The notes: generated from the letters alone by a model not told the origin. Positions 1 to 12,156 are shown, counted from the stretch's first letter. The stretch is DNA of 60,891 nt from Nemertoderma westbladi (GCA_032718475.1 JAUCBJ010006071.1:1-60891); one strand, 5' to 3'. Made by a program: numbers and translations.

Positions 1-87
1 GAATTCGCATTCACTGGAGAATCATTTTTCTTAAATTTAAATCCAACTAAATGGATTTGTCTAATAATTTTTGAAAATTGTCTCACT

Positions 88-310
88 TGTGGGTTCCAAG
101 TGGAATTCCATTCCTACTGTACACACAATCCCGCTCCTATGTGATACATAAGGGTCTACCCTGTAACCACATGTTCACATATAAAGACAATGGAATTCCA
201 CCGCTGTCTCTATCTACAGTGAAGAGGATTACAAATGCACATACAGTAATACAAAATACTAAATTACTAAAATACGGTAAGTCTATGTGGTGGCCAACAA
301 AGGTCCCACA
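88..310. mobile_element. Possible short solo LTR / TG..CA-bounded insert
   Basis: Termini TGTGGG...CCCACA; flanks TCACT (83-87) and TCTCT (311-315) resemble a 5-bp TSD with one mismatch; internal inverted GTGGAATTCCATT/AATGGAATTCCAC. No second copy seen in the window. Confidence 0.4.
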
Positions 311-313
311 TCT

Positions 314-1749
314 CTATTTACTAATATTGGGTGGAGATTTGTAGTCTCCTGTCTCGTTTCTAGTCTCCTCAAGGAGCACGAGACGTTGTACAGGTCTGTC
401 TACGGTATGACCGTCGATAGTCCTTACAGTAACTGTCCTTATTACACCAGATGTAGGGTGCGTGGTCAAAATGACTCCAGTCAGCCAAAACCGTCTTTTC
501 AGATTGGCTTCAGCCAATAAAACGTGGTCTCCTCGTCTCAAACATCGGGTATTAAGATACCAAGAGGTTCTGGTTGAAATAGAGGGCAAATAATATTTCT
601 GCCATATTTCCCAGAATTTATTTGCAAGCAATTGAGTGATTTTCCAAGCCTTGTTGCCGTATCCGTCGCTATTAACGGGTACCGAAATGGGCAACAATGT
701 CGTCGGCGCCTGCATAGCAGGTGCGCTGGTGTCAAGGCAAACTGTGCGTCGTTATTGTCTGGGATCAAAGCGATCGGTCTAGTGTTCAAAATCGCTTCGA
801 TTTCTATTAGTAACGTCGTCAGTTGGTCGTCTGTCAATATGTGTTGCGTCGGTATTACTTTAGCCATAGCTGTCTTGATTGAGCCAATCAGCCTTTCCCA
901 AACGCCGCCTCTCCACGGACTGTCTGGAGTATTAAAATTCCAAACAATTCGGTGAGGACGTAGTTCCTCGGAAATCTGGTTTTGGTCCAACTTTCTCAAA
1001 GCTCTGGTTATTTCGTTCCGTGCACCCACAAAGTTTGTCCCTTGGTCGCAGTAAATGGATTTGACCAATCCACGTCTAGCGATAAATCGCCGTAAGGCTA
1101 GGATAAAGGCATTGGTGGTCAAATCTGTCACACGCTCTATATGGACAGCTCTGCTGGCCATGCAAGTGAAGATCAATCCCCAACGTTTTACCTGTACCCT
1201 TCCGCGTTTCGCAATTATGGGTCCAAAACAGTCTATCCCTGTCTCAGTGAAAGGGGGTCTAAACGCCTGTAATCTCGCTATTGGTAGTTCACTCATTTCT
1301 TGGTGTCCTATCCTCACGTGCACCTTCTTACAAATCATACAGTTCCGTGTTACCAAACTCAGTGCCTTGCTAGGACTAATCAGTACAAACCTCGATCGTA
1401 AGTGTGATAGGCAGTGATGTCTACCCATGTGTTTGACTTGTACATGTGCGTCCAGTATCATAGCGCGCTGTAACTCATGGTGTTGCAGTAAGATGATAGG
1501 ATACCTAAAGTCTAGTGCAAAGTCAATGTTCTGGAGTCTGGACTTGTGACAAAGTAAGCCCCTGTAAATATTCGGACTCCAACTCAAAATCGGTGAAGAC
1601 TTGATCTGTTTACCTTGATTGATCGCTGTGAACTCTCGTGCGAAATATCGCAATTGATAATGTCTTATAGTATCAACTTCACAATGACCAACTTCCTCTA
1701 AGGTAAGTCTTCGAGGAAAGTCGCGTTTGCCTCTGGCATATTGTCTCAA
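314..1749 (-). pseudogene. BEL integrase plus C-terminal DUF5641-type region (frameshifted near 700)
   Basis: HHCC (AH..HMG..CMIC); rve core GIDCFGP, LIFTCMASRAVHIE, CDQGTNFVGA, PWRGGVWERLIGSIK; C-terminal FWEIWQKYYL..GVIRTVTVRT..RPVQRL in ORF 314..715. Confidence 0.92.
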
Positions 1750-1919
1750 ACGTTTGAGCCATGCTAAATTGCGGCACGCGTCAGTCCATGATCTAGTTAG
1801 GTTTACTATCCTGTCAACGTAAGTGTTAGTGACGTCATCAGGTAAGGTATAGTCATAGTGTGAAGTGAATACTTGTCTGGACTTGGTAGGCCCACGGGCC
1901 TTCCGGTAGGTTTGTCTGA

Positions 1920-3571
1920 TTACCCAAGTATGTCAATCTCTACGGTCTTACCTTTACCGTCCGCTCCTAATGAGTCGACTGGCAGTAACGGTTTCAACTC
2001 TACAGTACCAGTGTGTTCCTGTGAGCTTGTAAGCTTCCTAACCTTAGTCACACGTTTAACTGTAGGTGGTAAGTCAAGTACCTTCTTTGAGCGGAGTGTG
2101 ATCGCTGTGGCCACACCTTTGTCATCCAAAGAAGTCAAATTCGGTAAGTTTCTAATAGTCCACTCCAATGGGTCTTCTACTGGAGTGTCTAGTAGACAGT
2201 CTGGTGAAGCGTCCGGTGAACAGTCTGGTGAGACGTCTGGTGAGACATAGCGCGGAACATCCGGCAAAATGTCCTGTCGTCGGTCCCAAAGAAAGTCTGG
2301 CGTAACTTCTGTCAGAAAGTCTGGTCCAAAGTCTGGTCTAAAGTCTGGTCGAAAGTCTGGTGGAAAGTCTGGTGAGACATCCTGTAGACATTCTGTTGAG
2401 AGTTCCATAAAACAATCTCGCGAGCAATCCGGAGAACAATCTGGTGTCGCTTCTGGTGAATAATCTGGCGAGTAATCTGGTGAACGATCCGGCGAAACGT
2501 CTGGTGAAATCTCCCGCGGAACATCCGGTGAAAGATTCGTACAAGCGTCTAGTCGAGAGTCTGGTGAGACGTCTGGCGTAATGTCAGGTCTGGCGTCCAG
2601 GTCATCAGATTTCATCCGTCCATGTTTCCTCTTGACCTTGGTGTTGGCTTTCGCTTTGGATTTGACAACCTTGTCGATTTTTATCTCGGCACCCTCTGGT
2701 ATGGTGTTGGTTGTCGCGTCGAATAATGGTGGCCATTCGTCTGATGGTCGCTGTAGGAAATTGGGTCCTCTAAACCAAAAGGATTTATTGTCCGGTTTAC
2801 AAAAGTCAAGCGGTTGCATCCCCCGTGACACGATGTCAGCTGGGTTCAGCTTCCCTGGACAGTGACGCCAATCTTGTTTGAGCGACCGGTGTAATATTTC
2901 AGCCCGTCTGTTGGCTACGAAAGTCTTGAACTCAAATGCTTCATTGTTTATGTACCAAAGTACCAACGTCGCATCCGTCCAATATGTGACCTTCAAGTAA
3001 GCCTCCAGCTCGCGTTGAACTAGACTGACAATATCGGTGGATATCGTCCCGCCTTCAGCTCTCCACGAGGTACAGTCATATACTTCAACAGCATTGTTCT
3101 AGCCCTAGAAGTAACGAGAGACACATCGTAGCTGTCCGATGTCACTTGTCGTCTAAGGTATAAAGTAACCCCCAATCCATCCTTGCTAGCGTCACTAAAG
3201 CTGTGAAGCTCTAAATCGGCAGGAAAGGTGGTCTGCAAAGGAAAGTATACCCTTGGTATGGTATAGTCTTGTAGGATCGTCAGTTGGGCTTCCCAGTCCC
3301 TCCATTGCTCAGCTAACTTTTCTGGGATGGGGTCGTCCCATTCCAGTCTGGCTTGCCAAATGCTGCGGAGTATGATCCTAGCATGTAGGATCACTGGACT
3401 AATGAAACACAATGGGTCATACAATCGACTCATGGTCGATAAGCAAGTCCTCTTAGTGAGAGGTCTAGTCTGGTCGTTGGACCTTACACGTACCCTAAAA
3501 TTGTCGGTGTTAGGGTCCCAACTAAGTCCTAATACTTTGGTCGTCGGCAGAGGTTCTAAGTCTAAGTCCAA
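1920..3571 (-). pseudogene. BEL RT C-terminus / RNase H (Pao peptidase A17-type region), frameshifted
   Basis: KVLGLSWD, LTKR..LYDPL, LHSFSDAS, WTDATLVLWYI, FVANR, WRHCPGKLNPADIVSRG, WFRGPNFL. Confidence 0.92.
2180..2600 (-). repeat. In-frame 12-bp repeat encoding (PDxS/PDFR)n in the RNaseH-integrase linker
   Basis: Recurrent TCTGG at 12-bp spacing; translation PDVSPDRSPDYSPDYS..PDFRPDFR. Confidence 0.85.
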
Positions 3572-3576
3572 GTCAC

Positions 3577-4788
3577 ATCCGCTCGCTTTCGTCCTTCTGG
3601 GCTCCTCTCAGAGGCGCACCCATGAGGTGGACGTGTTTCCACCACCCTGGGGGCCAGACCGACTGATATTTCTATCGGTCGTACGACCATACCGGGCCGC
3701 AGGGTGGCTCGATGCTTCCCGGGTTCTGTTTTCGGTCCCCCGATCAGACCAGCACAGCTCGTCGCGCGTGTAGCCAGATGGGCGGCTAATGTCAACTTAC
3801 TGTGGCCTGACTGTACATTGAGCCAACTCAAAAGTATAACAAAGAGTCAACTGGCAGGTGGACCAGTCAATAGCGATCGAGCACCAAGGTCGCCCTTGGG
3901 CCTAACCGACGGTCTTGTCCCACGTGGGCTTGCGCTACCCAACATTGGAATTTTGACTCGTTTTCACCTGCCTCGCCGGCAGTATTGAGGGGAAGTAAGT
4001 TCCGCAAACAATACTGACTAGCTCGAAAGCTAGAAACAAGTAACCACTTACCAGTCACTGTACACGTGTACTCAACAGATGTTCACAAAATCAAGTACAC
4101 AAAAGGTAAACACAAATCGAACACATACCATGCACACACAGAGAACATAATCGGGAAAGACAAAATCGGGGTCAAAATCGAGAAAGACAAAATCGGAGGG
4201 GACAAAATTGTATCGACCAACCACCAAGTCGAGAGTACCTTATTTTACCGACAGGGTAAAATAACTTTGTGTGCACAAAGTATGCTGGGGCGCAGTAGAG
4301 ATATGGTCCTACTAATACCAGCGGCGTCTGGACCAACTGGCAAGGGTTCCCATACTCACTCGCAGTGGCCACACATACAATCACGTGTACTCACGTACCC
4401 ACAGCAACGGAAAGCTCAAAGACCCGAACAAATCCCAAAGACCAATCAGCTGAACATGGAGACAATAACATATAGTATCAAAAAAACGGAACAGCTGATG
4501 GCCAAAAGAACCCATCCAAGCCCCAAGCAAACTGCCACTGATCGCCCACATACAAAACATAGTTCACGCCACATGAACCACAAATCATGCCATGCCACCA
4601 CCCCTACTGTGTACAGGACTGGCAGTACGGCAACAGGCCGACTAGACGGTACCACGGCACCATGTCGATCCATGGTTCGCTAGACACGAGGGCCTTAAGT
4701 ATCTCCCTTGCACTTACCCGACAATTTAACGTGCCCCCAGACCCTCACAAGTCCGCCGCCGCCTGTTGATCGCACCCCTATAGAGACC
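3577..4788. mobile_element. Unclassified 1212-bp non-coding insertion flanked by a 4-bp direct repeat (TCAC)
   Basis: TCAC at 3573-3576 and 4789-4792; removing the insert plus one repeat joins ORF 4797..5102 to ORF 3020..3571 in frame (MDRT*RGDLDLDLEP). Confidence 0.85.
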
Positions 4789-4796
4789 TCACCTCT

Positions 4797-5993
4797 TTAG
4801 GTACGATCCATCGGGTCAAATAAGTTCACTAGTTCGGTTTCATTGGAAGCGAACTTCGTAAGGCGGAATCCGCCCTCAGCGAGACAATCCTGGAGTTGGT
4901 GTGCTATGGTTGTAGCGCGCTCCAATAGCATCATATAATAGCAATAGCAATCTCCAATAGCAATATCATCCACATAGAAATCTCGTTCCACTGTCCGAAC
5001 TACTTCTGGGTCAAATTGGTCTCGTCTGTCCAATGCGGTCTGCTTTAAGGCATACATGGTGCAGTTGGGGCTGTCCCTGGCTCCGAAAACTCTTACCTGC
5101 ATTTGGTAAGTTTCTGGCGGAAGTTCTAAGTTTCCGTCCCGATATCAAAGAAACCTCAAGCTGTCCCTGTCCCGCTCCAAAGCCTTAACCTGGTGAAACA
5201 TGGCCTCTACGTCACAGGTGAAAGCCACTTTGCGTTGTCTAAAACGCATTAGGACTCCCATGAGGTAATTGTTCATATTCGGCCCGTCCATCAATTCGCT
5301 GTTCATAGACATCCCTTGGTAAAGTGCGGCGCAGTCGTTGACTACACGCACCTTGCCAGGTTTGTCCGGGTGTCGAACAAAATGATGTGGCAGGTAATAT
5401 GTCTGATCTGTGGTTACCTCGGGATTTAACATCCTAATGGCATATCCCTTTTGGAGATACGTCTGAAGTTGCGCATTGTATTGCATATGGGCCGTCTCGT
5501 CTCGCAACAATCGCTGCCTTATTGATTTGAGTCGCCTCAAAGCAAGCGGGTAATTGTTAACGAGCTTAGGTTGTCCATTGCGCCACAACATGCCAACCTC
5601 ATAGTGGCCATTCGCGGTCTGGCGAATGGTATCTCTCATAATATTTAATGACCGTTTTTCCTGTTCTGACATAGCGGTCTCGTAACTACCGGGTTCTGCT
5701 GAATCCTGTTCCAACCATTGAATGGTCCGTTCAGTCAGCAGTCGGTCTAGCGCTGCTTGCACTGCGCCATGGTCCTCGTCCACGTCTTCGTCCGCTGCGG
5801 TGGCTAGTGTCAATGCGTCTGGTAGGCTCGCAAGCCTTCCGGTGTCACTAGTCGGCGTCGAATCGTTGTGCGGCGGTTTGACAACTTCTTGATCTATCGG
5901 TAGGCTCGCAAGCCTTCCAAAATCAACGACCGGTGTCGAAGCCCTTTGGATTGATGACCTTTGGATTTTTCGGTAGGCTCGCAAGCCTTCCAA
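4797..5993 (-). pseudogene. BEL reverse transcriptase
   Basis: YYLPHH, KPGKVRVVNDCAA, GPNMNN..VLMRFR, CDVEAMFHQV, VFGARDSP, FYVDD, GGFRLTKFASN; interrupted by stops. Confidence 0.93.
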
Positions 5994-5996
5994 AAT
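5821..5996 (-). repeat. Three copies of GGTAGGCTCGCAAGCCTTCC (GRLASLP) at ~75-bp spacing
   Basis: Copies at ~5821, ~5898 and ~5972 in the protease-RT linker. Confidence 0.85.
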
Positions 5997-7047
5997 CCTC
6001 GTTCATCGAGTCATCCACAGCAACAACCCTTTGGTCTTCGGTAGTCAATACAACCTGGTTTACTGCATGTAGTTGTAAGTCAGAGGTCTGTGTGGTCGTG
6101 TCCAGATCAGTTACGTCAGTATCGGTGGCGTCTGCGTTAGCGACGCAAGTCTGTCGTAGTGCCGTCCGTACAATTGGACCACAGGAGTGTGAAGGAGAGT
6201 TATCTATCGTAGTAGTCAATAAACTACATGTACTCAAAACGTCGTCCTCCTGGTCACTTACCTCTAGTGAACGTATTGGTGCTCTAGTATACCAACCTAT
6301 GGGAGTTCTACATGCGTAGGGGTTGCCCGCTGTAATAACAGATGGGCGTGTCTCCCATACCTGATGTAAGTTAAACTGGTCTGTCCCAATTAACATCGCA
6401 ATGGAACGATAATTAACAGGACATTCCGGTATTCCAAGGTGTCGGAAATACTTACGATCTTCCGGTGATTGCTCTGGCACAGGGCCGAGCAAGTTACTAA
6501 AGTCCTTCGTAGCTGCAAAGGTTAAATTTCTTACCGGAAGTAATGAGCGCTCCTCCTTGCTGTGTTCCGCTTTGGAAAGAAGAGTGTCTAAGGTTAGTTT
6601 TACTCTTGTCACAGGGATCGCTCTCTTACCAAGCATGCTGCTTACAGTATACTGAGCAGTCTTACCTTGACTCATGTCCATAACCACGTCAGCTACTTGT
6701 TCGTCGACATAGCTATGTGATGACGCAGAGTCTAAGATAGCGTATATACGCTTGCTCCCTCGGGTTCCGGTAATCTTTATAGGAATCACGCTAAACCCTT
6801 TCAATTGGTTCTGTGTGAGGAGCGTTATCGAAGCCTGCATGCACGTAGAAAGTGTCGTCTTCCTCCTCGTCCTCGTCCGATGATCCTGACTGATCCATAC
6901 AGTCTGTATAAAAGGTACGGATCTCGCACGGCGCACGCTCCTTGTAAAGCGCGTCGCATCTAGCCGCTTTATCTGGATGCTCTCGTCGAAAGCGTCTAGT
7001 CGGAGTATGACTGGTTGTGTGAAGCAACGCGTCATGGTTACGTCCAC
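5923..7047 (-). pseudogene. BEL aspartic protease region
   Basis: YAILDSASSHSYV catalytic motif, MLIGTD, PYACRTPIGW. Confidence 0.88.
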
Positions 7048-8847
7048 ACAGAGAACATGTATTGTCGCTCGGGCAATCCTTCTGGACGTGTCCTGGCTTC
7101 ATACATCTCCAACAGGAATCTAGAGATCGGATTTGGAGTCTCCTCTCCTCGATCCCTAACTCTTTAAAAGCGCGACATCCACGTAGTTTATGTCCGCTGT
7201 GGTTTCTGCCGTTCCGCTCGCAGTATGAGCATCCCACAAAGTCCGCCGGCAACTGTTGTCGTGGCTGCGTGGTGCCGACAGGCGTCAGAACTTTAGAAGT
7301 CTCAGTAGGGGTGGCGTAGGTAACGGCTTTTGCGTTCGTCGGAAATGGTTTTGTCCGAGTCGGTGCAGAAATAGCTATCCCTTCTGCCGCGATATGATGA
7401 TCGGTATAATTTGATCGAGTCTTGATAACGGCCTCCCGCGAAATCAGTTGATAGACGTCGGTGAGTTTTAATAGCCCGCCGGCCTCTTCACGCTGGTACT
7501 CGATGCGTCGCCATTCTCGTCGAAGTCGATGATGAAGTCGACTGATTATCCTGATGAGAACCGTCGGTGTGTTAGCGTACTCGAGTTGTCCAATGGACTG
7601 TAAAGTCCCTATAGCGTTTTTTATTTCGTCCGCGAGTCGTAGAAGATCGATCGGTTTCGAAATGCTGCCTCCTTTACAGAGGTCTTCGATAATGGATTTG
7701 GCCATGGCGACGTTACCGCCGTAAATCGAATACAAACGGTCGTACGCCAACTCAAAGGCATCGGGAACACCAATAAAGGTTTCCGCTAATCGTTTTGGCT
7801 CACCAGACAGGACTAGGAGCAAGTAATTAAACTTCTCCGTTGAGGTGAAAGCACACTTAGCGATCTGGGACTCTACATAGTCTACCAGTGTGCGCCAGTG
7901 TTTCGCGTTGCCAGAGAACTTCGGCGGTTGCTGTGCTGGTAATCCGTGTCTAGCCGCGAATTTTGCAATCTCGCTAACCAAATCCAACTGTCCGCGTCCC
8001 TGTTCGGTGGCGTCGTCCAGTCGTTCCCTTCCGCGTGTTGTTCGTTGGTAGGAATTATTAACGGGATCTTCTTCTCGATGGGTCGGAGTCTGTCTAGTCT
8101 CCTATTCTCACCTTGGTGGTCGATGTCATCAAGGTTGTTCTAACTCCACGCTGGTTCGTGATCGATCCGACGGTTGCGCTTCAAGTCGTTCTTCGAGTTG
8201 AGCTAGTCGGTCCATCATCCCATCCAGGCAGTAGAGTTCTTCTTCCTCTTCGGGTTGTAACAACGCGTCCGAAACTGACTCACCTAGCAGTTGGTCTAAC
8301 TGCTCCTGTTGAGCCAATCTTATCACCGACTTAAACTGGATAAGGCTTTCTCTCGCACTTACCAACTTATCTATTATCTTTACTTGAGTAAAGTTGTCGC
8401 CACGCAACTCTGCAAGTTCGTGTAAACCTTTAAGTTATCTACGGAGGTATGTACCCTACTTTCTATCCTTACCTGTAAGGTGTAGAACTCGTATCTCGAC
8501 ATCGGGGCGGTTAATTCTCGTAAAACGCGAAAACCTTCTCCGAGGTTCCGAGTAATCTGGGCCATGTGTCCTCCTATACTCCTAATAATGTTCCCCTGGT
8601 TTCCAGTCGAACTTACCAAGTCCGGTTCCCGCGATCTGGTCTGCGGGACGGCAAGGAAATCTTCGATTCTGCCGTCGCCACGCGTTGCGGCTTCCGGTAA
8701 TTCCGTTCGGGGTACTGGCGACGCACGCGGTGTGACATCGGTAGAATCTCGGGTTCTCCTTCTCGGTTCGTCTACTGTCGATCTGTCCGGGTCGCACGAG
8801 TCATAGTCGGTAGGTGGGTATCGAGTCGAATGGGGTGTGTCACTCAT
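6791..8847 (-). pseudogene. BEL gag (DUF1759-type core, three Cys/His knuckles), frameshifted
   Basis: PKFSGNAKHW, EKFNYLLLVLSGEPK; CSYC..H..C, CWRCMKPGHVQKDC, CSLCGRNHDALLH; N-terminal pieces in ORFs 8380..8847 and 8129..8407. Confidence 0.88.
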
Positions 8848-11800
8848 GTCTTATTATATACGTCAAGTACAGGTAATAAAATGTCAAAGTATCTGAATGT
8901 TGAAATGTCAAACTTACCTTGGTATATATATAGCATATATATACCCTAACCGGTACAAATAAATCAACAAAGTCAGAATGTCGAAATGTCAAAATGTCGA
9001 AATGTCCAAATGTCAAACTTACCTTGATATATATATATATCATATATATACCCTAACCGGTACAAATAAAACTAACAAAGTATATAATAAAATAAGTAAT
9101 AATCTAGCCTACCGGCTAAATTTGTACGAATACGTGAGATAACGGTATACGCTACCAAAATGTAGATCAACAAGTACAAATAATAGGCAAAACAGCAACG
9201 TCTAACGGGAAAATAAGTACCAACAACACTACTAATAGACAGTGAAACCCACAAATTTTGAGTACTACTGTGCTTTCTTAAGTTTGAACGACACGAGTCG
9301 TAAAACTTACGCTCCTTTGATCTTCCAGTCGTGCAAATTCCCAAATACAAACCGGACGTGGGTCGTTCCGTTTTTCGGCGGCGCGGACGAATTTTTTGTC
9401 TCCCAAACTTTGCGAAAAGCGGTCTAATCCTCGAAGCGGTCCAGAAATGAGTCCTTGAGTCCTGAAAAGTCGAAGGTGAGAGTTTTACTTCTACGAAAAA
9501 TCTTCCTAGGTAACGATACAACTTGGTCTTTAAACCCTATGTACCTTTTCAAGTACCGAAAATAACACCGCACACACAAGGCGTAAAACAAAATGCTACA
9601 AACTAACTATTAGCTAGTCAAATATTAAATACAAAAGTACTAGCTACCCTAAAGCCTACTGAAGCAGGGGACGTTCTACAAATTACTAAATTTTACTAAC
9701 CTTAAATTTTTAAATATCTCCTACTTACAATAGCTAACAGTATGTGAGAGACCTCACTGTTGGGATATATTTCCTACTTTCATAAGAATAAATATACCTC
9801 ACTGTTGTAAGGCATATTTTACTATATCTTACTACGTAAACTTATGGGATATATTTACCGTTTGCAAATCGCAACTTGCAAATTTAGTAATAAATATACC
9901 TCACTGTTGTGTCCTCTACGGTAGGGACTACCCTACAGCCTACAAATCTACTAATACGAAGCTATAGAATATCTCTATCCGTAAAGTCCAGTAGTATACT
10001 GCTTACCAGATCCTAGTAACGATGTATCTTACTGTAAGACTCTAGTAATGAAACGGGCTCGTACAGTATCTGACAACAAATCCCAGTCCAGGATATCTAA
10101 ACAAACAGATACAATACACAAACTACTACTGGCGAGGAGCAGAGCCTGGTGTCTATTCTATGTACGTGGGCGGGTCTAATGCCTACGTACTAGACAAAAG
10201 GATACCTGTCCTCTAACCGGTATGGCAGATATACAGTTACAGTAACAGACCAAACTCACGGGAAAACAATCCCCGCGCAGCGAATACTAACTATCGCTGA
10301 CAGTCCTAAATACAGTAACTTGCCGCGGTGTGATTTATATGGTTTATATACGAGCTAGGTGGGTTAGGGACCTAGCGTAACAATACTGATCTCCCTGTCT
10401 GAATCAGCCTAAAAGAGGTCGTGCCTAAATGTAACAATAACTGATCCCCCTGTACGAAATCAGTCTAAAAGGGTCGGGCCTAATGTAACGATACTGCTGC
10501 TCTAAGCAAACAACAGTTTAATAACGAAAATGAAATACTCCCTTGCCGTAACTAAATATCTGTGACGGGATCTACGGATCCCGGTTTATCCGTTGGGTTT
10601 TCTATCTACGCGTCCCCGCCGTGTGTGAAAGGTAAAAGAGTTCTGATGTTCGGTTATATGTATAAGGTATAATATAGTTGATATATAGGCTTTTAGTATA
10701 GTATGGCACAGTTACCGGTAGATAAGTATGATGGCGGTAGCGGACGGTGATAGAAGTCACCGTTCCACCCTACTGTGCTGACTGAGTAAACTGAATAACT
10801 GATTGCATCGACCGGTAATATATACTGCACGGGTTTGGCCGTTACAGTTTACAATTTACAAATACCAAAGTACGATAAATATTCTCTGCCTAAGGTAATC
10901 TAAAGTGCGCTATCTAGTAGAACTTTAAGGGTAAATATGTATTAGGGCGTGTGTGTGTGGGTGTGTTACAATAAAACAATTTTGGTGTATATCATTTACT
11001 AGGTTTTAGTAATTCTCTGACCGAAATAATACCGTGCGCTAGCTACTAAAATAAGCTAGTCGTGTTTTGTAGAACTTTATACTTACAAATGACGTTAAAG
11101 CTCTCTCCTTCCTATCCACAACTCAACTGGGCAACCACGGTGTTAGTAACTACACCCGTGATTGGCACAAATACCAGATTCTGGTTGTAAGATAATAAAT
11201 AGGGGTTAATCGCTACCGTACGTTAGCTGATCTGATATACAAATTTGATTCTAGAACTTTGTTGCTGCGGTAGTTAGCAGCAATACCTATCAGTACGTGG
11301 CAAGGCGCGGTAGGATATTAATAAAACCTCCCTAGGCCAAGCGGTGTGCCGGTAGCAGAAATACTCCTTGCCTGATCAAATAACTAACTTCAGGCGGGGG
11401 TAGGGTACTAATGTATGCTCTACAAAGCGAACCGGTACAAAAACGGTCAGTACTACGAATCACTAAATTATGGAACATATGCTATCCGTACCTAATGTGT
11501 ACTCGCGTACTGACGAACGGCAATAATTCGCACCTGTGAGGTATACAGGTAACCCAAGGGTTCGTACTACTGACAGGGGGGGGGGGGGTTCTGCCAAAAT
11601 ATAGTTATTTGATCCTAAATTTGTGGCGTCCCAGGACGGCATCACGCTTACCCTGATCTATAGGTCTTACGGCGGGCAAGGGAGTCAAACAAAGTCTTAC
11701 CTTCCTCATAAAGCGGGCGCTGCATGGCAAGTGGAGTATTTCGAAGGGCGAAGGGGGTGCGCGGTCTAATCTAAATGTGGGCGCTAGCGTGTTGTGGACA

Positions 11801-11891
11801 TCCTTTCCCTGCGTTGCTGACGGCCTAACGGTCTAGGCGGCCATCTTCCTGATGCTTTGCTGTCCCAAAGTTGGACAAATGCAGAAAAACA

Positions 11892-12156
11892 TGTTCAGAA
11901 GTTTATAGTATATTTACAGTTTACAAAACTTTATCAAACAGAATTGCCAAATAGTTTCAACAAGAAACATAATAAACTGAATGAATCAAGTTTAACAAGA
12001 GTAGTGAACTGTAAGTTGTACTAACTAAGAATGGCTTTACAAGGTGATAACTAGTGTAGTTTGATAAGTGATAACCGAAGGCAAACCAGCCCTTTATATA
12101 CTAAATCTGGGACATAGAATCCACTAGAACTTTCTAGAGTATTCCATGGCCTCACA
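11892..12156 (-). mobile_element. Probable 5' LTR of the BEL element (U3 may continue beyond the LINE insertion)
   Basis: Minus strand reads TGTGAGG...TGAACA; TATATAAAGG at 12100-12091; HSE upstream; upstream of gag in matching orientation. Partner LTR absent, so boundaries are approximate. Confidence 0.55.
12126..12145. promoter_or_regulatory. Heat-shock element-like motif
   Basis: aGAAc-tTTCt-aGAGt-aTTCc: four alternating nGAAn units with one mismatch, ~25 bp upstream of the minus-strand TATA box. Confidence 0.55.

Larger units (their letters stand above)
314..12156 (-). mobile_element. BEL/Pao LTR retrotransposon, degenerate; 3' LTR not found in window
   Basis: Domain order gag-protease-RT-RNaseH-integrase with BEL-typical motifs across ORFs 8847..314; LTR-like segment at 11892-12156. 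Confidence 0.93.

Noticed and set aside
4066-4683. 205-aa ORF in the insert
   Set aside because: No recognisable motif; it reflects A/C-rich strand bias and has no ATG start.
3573-4792. Group II, group I or canonical spliceosomal intron
   Set aside because: Ends can be read GTGAG..AT, but there is no domain V/VI. No U|..G boundary exists for group I and no terminal AG or pyrimidine tract for a GT-AG intron.
11624-11640. TGGCGTCCC as a tRNA-Asn primer-binding site
   Set aside because: Wrong strand for the BEL element, short match, and no adjacent LTR end.
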